From Geobacter metallireducens GS-15 (lineage in GTDB: Bacteria; Desulfobacterota; Desulfuromonadia; Geobacterales; Geobacteraceae): a DNA stretch of 32,000 nucleotides. A model generated the notes under the pieces. That model had not been told where the DNA came from, did not search any database, and saw only the letters and a list, made by a program, of their open reading frames with translations. The DNA lies in NCBI RefSeq assembly GCF_000012925.1, contig NC_007517.1:1740001-1772000 (forward strand). The letters run 5' to 3'. Each line of letters begins with the position of its first letter. The first letter of the stretch is position 1. Below, piece after piece: positions 25,445-32,000 of the stretch. The position numbers and the translations under genes are program-made.

Positions 25445-25813
25445 ATGAGAAGAATTGCTGTCGTATTTGGAATGTTCGCCCTTTCGCTTGTGGTGTTCGC
25501 CTCTTTCTCAGCCGGGGCTGCAGACAAGAAAGCGAAGAGTGAAGTGGTGATGAAGGTGGGTAACAAGGTCCATCTCTTTCACAGCGGCACTGCCGACGTA
25601 AAAAAAGAGATCTGCCCGAACGACGTGATTACCGTCTACCGGGAGATTGGTGGGGCCAAGAATCCCAAGTCAATTGAAGTTGGGCAGGTCAAAGTGCTTT
25701 CGTACGTTAGTGCTCACTACTTTGAGGCCGAAGTGGTCAAGGGAGAGGTGAAGCCTGGCGACATCGCCATGAAAGAATCGGCTGCCTGCCTGATTCAACC
25801 TGTGAAACACTGA
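25445..25813 (+). CDS. Small secreted protein, unknown family (paralogue A)
   Basis: It has the signal peptide MRRIAVVFGMFALSLVVFASFSAGA. GGAGA lies 6 nt upstream of the ATG at 25445, and an ATG at 25439 is also possible. It is alignable by eye with 26103-26429 (…VYREIGG…VGQVKVLSYVSAHYFEAEVVKGEVKPGD vs …VYRYTGL…VGKVRITGYAGEHHLEGVVVEGNIQGND). Confidence 0.7.
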   Translation: MRRIAVVFGMFALSLVVFASFSAGAADKKAKSEVVMKVGNKVHLFHSGTADVKKEICPNDVITVYREIGGAKNPKSIEVGQVKVLSYVSAHYFEAEVVKGEVKPGDIAMKESAACLIQPVKH

Positions 25814-25860
25814 CGTATAGCTATTCTCACCTTCCTGTCCGGGCCAACGGCGTCCCGGAC
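25715..25860 (+). repeat. Copy 1 of a duplicated segment (3' end of paralogue A plus GTCCGGG/CCCGGAC hairpin)
   Basis: cactactttgaggccgaagtggtcaagggagaggtgaagcc...cctgtccgggccaacggcgtcccggac aligns by eye with 27723-27852. Confidence 0.7.
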
Positions 25861-26090
25861 CCCTTACATCTTCAAAATCGTTCAATCTCCCCGCAAGCGC
25901 CCGGTTTTCCAACGCCATGTCGGCATACATTCGTTTCAGGCGGCTCAGAGCATTATCTGGAATCCTTTTCTGAAAATGTCGGCGGCAAGGTAAGGAAATA
26001 TTACAGAATCACCCCCGATGGGGTTGATGTCTTGGCGAAAATAAAGGAAAAGATGCAGGAACTGGTAAAGATTCGCGGCGATGCAAGAAA
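25861..26090 (+). pseudogene. PadR-family transcriptional regulator remnant (no start codon, frame disrupted)
   Basis: One frame reads ...EHYLESFSENVGGKVRKYYRITPDGVDVLAKIKEKMQELVKI, a typical PadR C-terminal wing plus helix. The upstream PadR-like pieces (YIRFRRL, IFKIVQS) lie in other frames. No ATG/GTG-initiated ORF covers the region. Confidence 0.45.
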
Positions 26091-26102
26091 GGGAGGGAAT
26101 TC

Positions 26103-26429
26103 ATGGGAACTTTTAAAAGGTTAGCCATTGGCGTAATAGTCCTTGTACTTCCGTTGCTGATGACCGCCTGTATTGGCCCCAGAGCGACAGTCACGGTTAT
26201 TGCCAAACCGGGGGATACCGTTCAGCTTCTTCATCCGGGGCCAAAGGCCGCTAAAGAGGAGTTTTCTCACAATGAGATCGTCCCCGTCTATCGGTACACT
26301 GGACTCAGGAAGTACGGGGGCTACAAGGAAGTGGGAAAGGTCAGGATTACAGGTTATGCAGGGGAACACCATTTGGAAGGAGTGGTGGTCGAAGGAAATA
26401 TCCAGGGCAACGATTTCGTAGAGAAGTAA
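26103..26429 (+). CDS. Small lipoprotein, unknown family (paralogue B)
   Basis: GGGAGGG lies upstream of the ATG. It has the lipobox LLMTA|C and is a paralogue of 25445-25813. Confidence 0.7.
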   Translation: MGTFKRLAIGVIVLVLPLLMTACIGPRATVTVIAKPGDTVQLLHPGPKAAKEEFSHNEIVPVYRYTGLRKYGGYKEVGKVRITGYAGEHHLEGVVVEGNIQGNDFVEK

Positions 26430-26732
26430 ACCGTGGCTCACCTAAAAGATGCCCGGGTTTAGACTGATGGCCCCGGACGTGAGATAAGCTGAACGAGGAG
26501 CGCCACAATAGGAGCGTTGGGGGCTCAAGCCATACTGGAGGATGGCCAAGGCATTATGCCCGAACCGTCCTTGTGGAACAGCAGCCATCCTCGCGGCTCT
26601 CTTGGCATTATCGCCTTCGGGCTTCTCTCCTTTTGAAGGTCCCGCGGATCGTTATCGCGGGTTACCGCCCATATGGTCGTGCTGCACTGGCAGTAGTTTA
26701 GCTATCCCACTAATATCGAAAGGAAAAATGAC

Positions 26733-27523
26733 ATGGGACAGCAAAGAACAACTCCCAGCAACCGTTTGAAGATGAAGGCTCTAGCTTTCATTCTGGCCTT
26801 GGCCGTACTTGCCCCGGCAACTGCATGGGCTGGCCCGCCATTCATTACCGACGACCCGGAGACGGTTGAGTACCAGCACGGCGAGTTCTACATCGCCTCC
26901 CAATACGCGAACAACAAGGACAGTAAGGAAGGCACCGCACCGCACTTCGAATTCAACTACGGCATTATCCCGGATGTCCAACTGCATCTCCTTGTCCCGC
27001 TGGCCTTTGTCCACCCGAATGGCGGACCAACCATGTATGGCTTCGGCGACACCGAGGTTGGCGTGAAATACCGGTTCCTCCACGAGACGGATTCCGTGCC
27101 ACAGGTCGGCACCTTCCCGATCGTGCATCTTCCAACGGGGGACAGTGACCGTGCGGTGGTGGCCATGTGCCGGTGTTCCTCCCGATCTGGCTCCAGAAAA
27201 GTCGGGGGCCATGGACGACGTACGGTGGTGGCGGCTACTGGATCAATCCAGGTGAGGGAAACAAGAACTTCTGGCAGTTGAGCTGGCTGGGGCAGCGCGA
27301 AATAACCAAGAGCCTCACCCTGGGAGCGGAGATCTTCTATTTCGGCAAGGACACGGACGATGGGCGTGACCGGACCGGCTACAACATCGGCTGGATTTTC
27401 AATCTGAGCGAAGATCACCACATCCTTTTCTCTGCCGGCAGTGACATCGCGGGCAACAACCGATTCTCGGCCTATCTTGGCTACCAATATACCTTCGGGC
27501 CTCGCGAGGCCGAGAAAAAATGA
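26733..27523 (+). pseudogene. Outer-membrane beta-barrel channel of the MetA-pathway phenol-degradation-like family, interrupted by a frameshift near 27152
   Basis: The first part (signal peptide, then GPPFITDDPETVEYQHGEFYIASQY...HLPTGDSDR) runs in one frame. The rest (GHVPVFLPIWLQKSRGPWTTYGGGGYWINPG...FSAYLGYQYTF) continues in another frame. Restoring one nucleotide around cgtg|cgg (27150-27155) would give ...GDSDRGGGGHVPVF.... It could be a real mutation or a sequencing error. Confidence 0.65.
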
Positions 27524-27697
27524 TGTACGACACCATCCGGGGAGTGGCAAGACATTCTGGTCGGCTTCGTCACATCCTTCATCTTTGCCGTGATCGGGAT
27601 AATGGCACTCCTGAAATTCATCACGAGCCATACCTTCATACCGTTCGGCGTCTACCGGATCGTTGTGGGGGTGTTATTTCTGCTCTTCATTTCCTGA
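27524..27697 (+). pseudogene. 3' fragment of undecaprenyl-diphosphatase gene (uppP/bacA), no start
   Basis: The frame directly after the channel gene's stop reads ...EWQDILVGFVTSFIFAVIGIMALLKFITSHTFIPFGVYRIVVGVLFLLFIS*. This matches the C-terminal two helices of UppP as I remember them. Only about 57 codons are present and none is an initiation codon. Confidence 0.55.
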
Positions 27698-27722
27698 CGC
27701 GGCGCATTGTGAGGATCATCCA

Positions 27723-27852
27723 CACTACTCGAGGCAGAAGTGGCCAAGGGAGAGGTTAAGCCGTCCGGCATCGCCAAGAAGGAGCCTGCTGTCTGAGATC
27801 AAGCCCGCGAAGTAACCCCCGCAGCCCTGTCCGGGCTAACGGCTTCCCGGAC
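27723..27852 (+). pseudogene. Degenerate copy 2 of the 3' end of paralogue A plus its hairpin
   Basis: It reads LLEAEVAKGEVKPSGIAKKEPAV* and then, in another frame, EIKPAK*. Compare HYFEAEVVKGEVKPGDIAMKESAACLIQPVKH* in copy 1. The hairpin GTCCGGG-N10-CCCGGAC is conserved at 27829-27852. Confidence 0.6.
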
Positions 27853-28075
27853 ATCATTTCATTTGTGTACGCCCGGCATGGGCGTGTCTAATGGGGTGCA
27901 AGTTCCCTGTCAGTGTCGTTTCAACCATCGCTTCGGTCTTGCCGGGATGTTGCCCCGCATGATCCACGCGGCTGCTCGCACTGGCAAAAGGCCTGATCGC
28001 TGGCTACGCTTAGCAGAAGATTGGTGCTAATCAGAAAAAGCTATGACATTGCTGACTCTTCAGCGGTAAGGGGAA

Positions 28076-28091
28076 GGGGGCTGACGCCCCC
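28076..28091 (-). terminator. Possible terminator hairpin after the small Cys-rich protein gene
   Basis: GGGGGC-N4-GCCCCC lies 16 nt downstream of the TAG (28107-28109). On the minus strand it is followed by UUCCCCUU, a weak U-tract. Confidence 0.35.
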
Positions 28092-28106
28092 ATCCCGAGA
28101 CAAACG

Positions 28107-28424
28107 CTAGGAAATGCAGCAAGGGGCAAATCCCAACTTTTCACCTGCCGCACCGATTTCCTTCTTCAGATCTCCTATCTGATTTTCGAGGGCAGTTGTC
28201 CTGTTAGTGTCGATGCTGTTCATACCGTATTCAACGCTCAGTTCTATCTCCTTCTCATTCAGGCTTTTCCTCAAATGGGCAGTCTTGCTCTTGAACTGTT
28301 GAACCGCCTGCGGATCCTTGCACTTAGCGTCATCTCCGCACGAGCCACACGATGCAGCATATGACACTCCTCCGTACATAAGCACCAGAGCTGCCACGAT
28401 TCCATAAGAGATTTTCCTTTTCAT
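28107..28424 (-). CDS. Small secreted coiled-coil protein with N-terminal CxxCxxxxxC and C-terminal CC (hypothetical, possible periplasmic metal/redox stress protein)
   Basis: It has the signal peptide MKRKISYGIVAALVLMYGGVSYA. The mature part is ASCGSCGDDAKCKDP...helical K/E/L-rich...GFAPCCIS. GGAGGA lies upstream of the ATG. Confidence 0.65.
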   Translation of the reverse strand: MKRKISYGIVAALVLMYGGVSYAASCGSCGDDAKCKDPQAVQQFKSKTAHLRKSLNEKEIELSVEYGMNSIDTNRTTALENQIGDLKKEIGAAGEKLGFAPCCIS

Positions 28425-28569
28425 GACTCATCCTCCTTGTTGATTGTTTTGCGTGTTTCTCTGTTCACTTGAGTCATAAATTCCAATAACCGTGCCGAGA
28501 ATAGCGAGTGTTGTAACTATATATAAAAACTAACTATTTACCGTATGCCAGCTTGGTGTTACAGGTTGT

Positions 28570-28619
28570 TGTAGAGAATATTCTACAAAATAAGAACGCC
28601 TGTAGATGATTATTCTACA
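28570..28619. promoter_or_regulatory. Two direct copies of TGTAGA-(G/T)GA(T)TATTC-TACA (candidate operator/UAS)
   Basis: TGTAGAGAATATTCTACA (28570-28587) and TGTAGATGATTATTCTACA (28601-28619) are spaced 31 bp start to start, in the AT-rich divergent region between 28424 (-) and metY (+). The core AGAATATTCT is palindromic. Confidence 0.5.
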
Positions 28620-28826
28620 CATAAACTGGTGTGTATTACGGTTGTTTGTGCCGTAAGTAATTTATAAAGTAGGTCAAAAATAACTTGCCTTTCTTTGTGA
28701 AAAAATTTAGAAGGGAGTCAAGATATTGTTGACATAATTGGTGATAAAAAGGCGCTGTTATTTTGCGGCTGGTTCGATGTGACTTACTTCGCGTGGCCGG
28801 GAATGATGGCAAGGGGAAAAACGAAT

Positions 28827-30071
28827 ATGGCGCGGGATTTTCAGCTCGACACCCTCTTGATTCACGGCGGCCTTGAACCCGGCCCTGCTGGGGCCACGAC
28901 GGTTCCCATCGTCCAGTCTTCCTCCTTTGCCCACGAAACCGCCGAGGATCTGGAGGACATCTTCCGGGGCCGCAAGGCGGGGCATGTCTATACCCGGATC
29001 AACAACCCGACCACCGAGAGTCTGGAGCGCCGGTTGGCGCTGCTGGAAGGGGGGATCTCGGCCATTGCCACCTCCTCGGGGATGGCGGCCATCACTCTGG
29101 CGGTGCTGTCCATCGTCCGCTGCGGCGACGAGATCCTCTCCTCGGCATCCCTCTTCGGCGGCACCTTCTCCCTCTTCCGCGACACCCTCTCCAACTACGG
29201 CATCGCCACCCGTTTCGTGGATCCGAGTGATCTCGCCGCAATGCGGGCCGCAGTCACCGAGCGAACCCGTCTCATCTTTGTGGAGACCATGGGGAACCCG
29301 CGGCTCGACGTCCCCGACCTGGCGGCCCTGGCTGCGATCGCCCGGGAGGCAGGTGTGCCCCTCGTAGTGGACGCCACCGTCACCACGCCAGTACTCGGCA
29401 GGGTGAAAGAGCTGGGGGCCGACATTATTGTCCACTCCACCAGCAAGTACATCAACGGCACCGGCAGCGCCATCGGCGGGGCCATCATCGACTGCGGCAC
29501 ATTTGACTGGCGGCGGGAGAGCTATCCCCACTTCGAGCCGTACGTGAAGAAGTTTCGCCAGTTCGCCTTCTCCGCCCGTGCCCGAAAGTTGATCCACAAA
29601 GACCTCGGCGCCTGTCCCGCTCCTATGAACTCATACCTTCTGTCGGAAGGGATCGAAACCATGGCGCTGCGGATGGAGCGCAACTGCGCAAATGCCCAGC
29701 GCCTGGCGGAGTTCCTGGCCGCCCACCCCAAGGTGGCGTGGGTCAACTATCCCGGCCTCACCAGTTCGCCGTGGCACGAAACGGCTAAAGCGCAGTTCGG
29801 CGGCCGCTACGGCGCGCTTCTGACCTTCGGCCTTGCTGACAAGGCTGCTGCCTTCCACTGCATCGACGGCCTGCGGCTGGCCAAGAATCTGGCCAACATC
29901 GGCGACACCAAGACTCTGGTGATTCATCCCGCCAGCACCATCTGCGCCGATTTCGGCCCCGAGGAGAAGGCTCTCATGGGAGTGAGCGAGGAGATGATCC
30001 GCGTCTCCGTCGGCATCGAGGCCATCGACGACATAATCGAGGACTTTGCGGAGTCCCTCAACGCTATATAG
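28827..30071 (+). CDS. metY: O-acetylhomoserine sulfhydrylase (aminocarboxypropyltransferase), MetY/Met17 family
   Basis: MARDFQLDTLLIHGGLEPGPAGATTVPIVQSSSF..., the PLP-Lys region HSTSKYINGTG, and Cys/Met-metabolism PLP enzyme length. The ATG at 28827 fits the family N-terminus; the track ORF starts 16 codons earlier at a GTG. Confidence 0.88.
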   Translation: MARDFQLDTLLIHGGLEPGPAGATTVPIVQSSSFAHETAEDLEDIFRGRKAGHVYTRINNPTTESLERRLALLEGGISAIATSSGMAAITLAVLSIVRCGDEILSSASLFGGTFSLFRDTLSNYGIATRFVDPSDLAAMRAAVTERTRLIFVETMGNPRLDVPDLAALAAIAREAGVPLVVDATVTTPVLGRVKELGADIIVHSTSKYINGTGSAIGGAIIDCGTFDWRRESYPHFEPYVKKFRQFAFSARARKLIHKDLGACPAPMNSYLLSEGIETMALRMERNCANAQRLAEFLAAHPKVAWVNYPGLTSSPWHETAKAQFGGRYGALLTFGLADKAAAFHCIDGLRLAKNLANIGDTKTLVIHPASTICADFGPEEKALMGVSEEMIRVSVGIEAIDDIIEDFAESLNAI

Positions 30072-30083
30072 AAGGAGATTGCA

Positions 30084-30296
30084 ATGAATTTGACGGTAAA
30101 CGGTAAACCCTCCACGGTGGATGGTGCAGAGAGCCTGAACGTGACCGAACTCCTCTCGGCGCTCAAGGTGGCCCAGGCCGAGTATGTGACGGTGGAGCTG
30201 AACGGCGAGGTGCTGGAGCGGGAGGCGTTCGATGCCACAACGGTAAAAGATGGCGATGCGGTGGAATTCCTCTACTTTATGGGCGGAGGTAAGTAA
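30084..30296 (+). CDS. ThiS/MoaD-family sulfur-carrier protein with C-terminal extension (…FMGGGK), HcyS/CysO-like
   Basis: 70 aa with the beta-grasp pattern MNLTVNGKP...VELNGEVL...DGDAVEFLYFMGGGK. GGAGA lies upstream. It sits between metY and the adenylyltransferase gene. Confidence 0.85.
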   Translation: MNLTVNGKPSTVDGAESLNVTELLSALKVAQAEYVTVELNGEVLEREAFDATTVKDGDAVEFLYFMGGGK

Positions 30297-31105
30297 TGTT
30301 CACTGAAGAGCAGATCGAACGCTACTCCCGCCACATCATCCTGAAAGAGGTGGGAGGAAAGGGACAGAAGAAACTCCTGGAGGGGAAGGTGATGGTGATC
30401 GGCGCCGGCGGCCTCGGTGCCCCCATCGCACTTTATCTGGCCGCAGCCGGGGTTGGCACCATCGGCATTGCCGACGCCGACGTGGTGGATCTTTCCAATC
30501 TCCAGCGCCAGGTGATCCACTTCACCCCCGACGTGGGTAAGCCGAAAGTGGAGTCGGCCCGGGAGAAGATGGAGGCCATCAACCCCGACGTGACGGTGCG
30601 GACCTACCAGGAGTGGATCTCCGCCGCCAACATCGCCCGGATCATCGCCGACTATGATTTCGTCATCGACGGCACCGACAACTTTGCCGCCAAGTTCCTC
30701 ATCAACGACGCCTGCGTCATGGCGGGGAAACCGTACTCCCACGGCGGCATCCTCCAGTTCGTGGGCCAGACAATGACCATTAAGCCAGGGGAATCCCCCT
30801 GCTACCGCTGCATCTTCCCGGCTCCGCCGCCAAAGGACGCCATTCCCACCTGCTCCCAGGCCGGTGTCATCGGCGTCCTGCCAGGAGTTATCGGCACTAT
30901 CCAGGCCACCGAGGCGATCAAGTACCTGCTCGGAAAAGGTGCGCTGCTGACCGGTCACATCATGATGTATGACGCCCTGGAGATGAACTTCCGGAAGGTG
31001 AAGCTCAACCGGAACCGCAAGTGCCCCGTATGCGGCGATAACCCCACCGTGACGGAACTGGTGGACGAACTCGACGCCCTGAACGTCTGCGACCTGGAGA
31101 AGTGA
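30296..31105 (+). CDS. MoeB/ThiF/HesA-family sulfur-carrier adenylyltransferase (HcyF-like)
   Basis: YSRHIILKEVGGKGQKKLLEGKVMVIGAGGLGAP (Rossmann GxGxxG), LQRQ, and two CxxC pairs (CYRC, CPVC). The start overlaps the carrier gene's stop (TAATG). Confidence 0.88.
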   Translation: MFTEEQIERYSRHIILKEVGGKGQKKLLEGKVMVIGAGGLGAPIALYLAAAGVGTIGIADADVVDLSNLQRQVIHFTPDVGKPKVESAREKMEAINPDVTVRTYQEWISAANIARIIADYDFVIDGTDNFAAKFLINDACVMAGKPYSHGGILQFVGQTMTIKPGESPCYRCIFPAPPPKDAIPTCSQAGVIGVLPGVIGTIQATEAIKYLLGKGALLTGHIMMYDALEMNFRKVKLNRNRKCPVCGDNPTVTELVDELDALNVCDLEK

Positions 31106-31107
31106 CC

Positions 31108-31506
31108 ATGCTGACGATTCCCCGCGCGATCCACGCAGAGCTCATCGCTCATGCCCAAGCCGACGCCCCCATTGAGGCGTGCGGCATCCTCGGCGGTATT
31201 GACGGCGCCGTCTCGGCCATCTTCCGGATGGCCAACACCGACCAGAGCGACGAGCACTTCATGATGGACCCCAAGGAGCAGTTCGCCGTGGTGAAGGAGT
31301 TGCGGAACCGGGGGCTGGCGATGCTTGCCATCTATCACTCCCACCCGGAGACCCCGGCCCGGCCGTCGGAAGAGGATATCCGGCTGGCACTCACTCCCGG
31401 CGTTTCCTATGTCATCGCCTCCCTGGCCGGCGCGGAACCCGACGTGAAAGCGTTCCGCATTACTGACGGCGTGGTGGAGCCTGAGCCCATCGATATCGTG
31501 GAGTAA
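31108..31506 (+). CDS. JAMM/MPN+ metalloprotease (Mec+/HcyD-like, carrier C-terminal processing)
   Basis: EACG...HSHPETPARPSEEDI is the JAMM motif, in about 133 aa. The ATG at 31108 has GGAGA 8 nt upstream; the GTG at 31102 is an alternative. Confidence 0.85.
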   Translation: MLTIPRAIHAELIAHAQADAPIEACGILGGIDGAVSAIFRMANTDQSDEHFMMDPKEQFAVVKELRNRGLAMLAIYHSHPETPARPSEEDIRLALTPGVSYVIASLAGAEPDVKAFRITDGVVEPEPIDIVE

Positions 31507-31520
31507 AGGAGAGCAGACCA

Positions 31521-32000
31521 ATGTCTGACGAGAAGAAAAGCACTGACATCGACCTGAAAAATCTCAAGGCCGGCGGCTTCATCAAGGAGCGGGGGAAAGA
31601 CCTCTTCACCGTGCGCCTGCGGGTCCCTGGCGGACGCATGCCGGTTGCGCGCCTGAAAAAGATCGCCGAGGTGGCGGAGAAGTACGGCCAAGGGATGGTG
31701 CATCTCTCGGTACGCCAGTCGGTGGAGCTCATCAACATCAACTTCCGCGACTTCGACGCCGTGGTGGCCGAGCTCGGGGAGGGGACCCAAAAGGTGGCCT
31801 CCTGCGGTGCCCGGGTTCGGGTACCCACTGCCTGCGGCGGCTGTGAGTACAACCCCAACGGCCTCGTTGACACCCAGAAGTCGGCCTTGGAGGTGGACGA
31901 GAAGCTCTTCGGCACCTCCACCGGCCACCACAAGTTCAAGGTCGGCTTTGCCGGTTGCCCCTTCGACTGCCCCAAGTCGGCCACCAACGACGTGGGTTTC
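31521..32000 (+). CDS. Sulfite reductase, nitrite/sulfite reductase ferredoxin-like + sirohaem/4Fe-4S type (N-terminal 160 codons; continues beyond right edge)
   Basis: GGAGA lies upstream of the ATG. The sequence reads MSDEKKSTDIDLKNLKAGGFIKERGKDLFTVRLRVPGGRMPVARLKKIAEVAEKYGQGMVHLSVRQSVEL...CGGCEYNP...GCPFDCPKS, typical of small assimilatory-type sulfite reductases. It is not in the track because it has no stop in the window. Confidence 0.75.
   Translation, partial: MSDEKKSTDIDLKNLKAGGFIKERGKDLFTVRLRVPGGRMPVARLKKIAEVAEKYGQGMVHLSVRQSVELININFRDFDAVVAELGEGTQKVASCGARVRVPTACGGCEYNPNGLVDTQKSALEVDEKLFGTSTGHHKFKVGFAGCPFDCPKSATNDVGF

Noticed and set aside
28570-28619. CopY-type cop box (TACAnnTGTA) or Fur box interpretation of the TGTAGA...TCTACA repeats
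   Set aside because: The half-sites are in the opposite order and spacing (TGTA-N10-TACA) to a cop box. The resemblance of GATGATTATTC to the Fur consensus is partial. I cannot support either assignment.
28620-28826. Looked for a SAM/SAH riboswitch or clear sigma-70 promoter in the metY leader
   Set aside because: A TTGACA hexamer is present (about 28731), but no acceptable -10 follows at 16-18 bp. I could not match the SAM-I, SAM-II or SAH consensus cores by eye. This needs a covariance-model scan.
28758-31987. Series of long minus-strand ORFs (28758-29597, 30272-30958, 30955-31521, 31407-31987) opposite the metY-carrier-moeB-JAMM-sir cluster
   Set aside because: They are antisense shadows in very GC-rich coding DNA, giving Gly/Arg/Pro-rich nonsense translations.
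1-32000. Search for mobile elements, CRISPR arrays, tRNA/rRNA genes, defence or toxin-antitoxin systems
   Set aside because: I recognised no transposase, integrase or recombinase-like translations, no repeat-spacer arrays, no tRNA-like cloverleaf candidates, and no defence-type domains on either strand. The only repeats found are those listed above.

Overview
The window looks like a Geobacter/Desulfuromonadales-type chromosome segment; this is inferred only from gene content and protein sequences. All domain calls come from reading the translations by eye, since no database search was possible. There are four blocks.
(1) 1-8691: a minus-strand benzylsuccinate-synthase-type fumarate-adding glycyl-radical enzyme operon, bssD-bssC-bssA-bssB-bssE plus a gene in the bssF position that is cut by the left edge. 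The 57-aa gamma subunit gene bssC (5056-5229) is too short to appear in the ORF track. A good sigma-54 -24/-12 promoter and a divergent XylR/DmpR-type sigma-54 activator precede the operon. This block is visibly lower in GC than its neighbours.
(2) 8725-21513, entirely minus strand: a metal-handling supercluster in three parts. First come two tandem signal-anchored HMA proteins, a DUF2318-type Cys protein, an FtsX/MacB-type permease, an ABC ATPase and a degenerate receiver. Next come cusC-cusB-cusA and a Met/His-rich periplasmic protein. After a hairpin come a GerMN-like lipoprotein, a cytochrome c' and a YHS/TRASH protein.
(3) 21514-28780: an AT-rich island with an orphan intrinsic terminator, then an operon of three tiny secreted/lipoproteins plus cysK, an M23 peptidase and a variant HD-GYP protein. 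A gene-decay zone follows (PadR remnant, frameshifted outer-membrane channel, uppP 3' fragment, duplicated gene tail), then a small Cys-rich secreted protein.
(4) 28827-32000: metY, a ThiS-like carrier ending GGGK, a MoeB/ThiF-type adenylyltransferase, a JAMM protease and a partial sulfite reductase. This is the protein-thiocarboxylate methionine biosynthesis layout.
No rRNA, tRNA, CRISPR, transposase, integrase or phage genes were recognised. The least explained and most promising items are the HMA-DUF2318-FtsX-ABC module, the mini-lipoprotein/cysK operon, and a 14-nt motif shared by two distant promoter regions.
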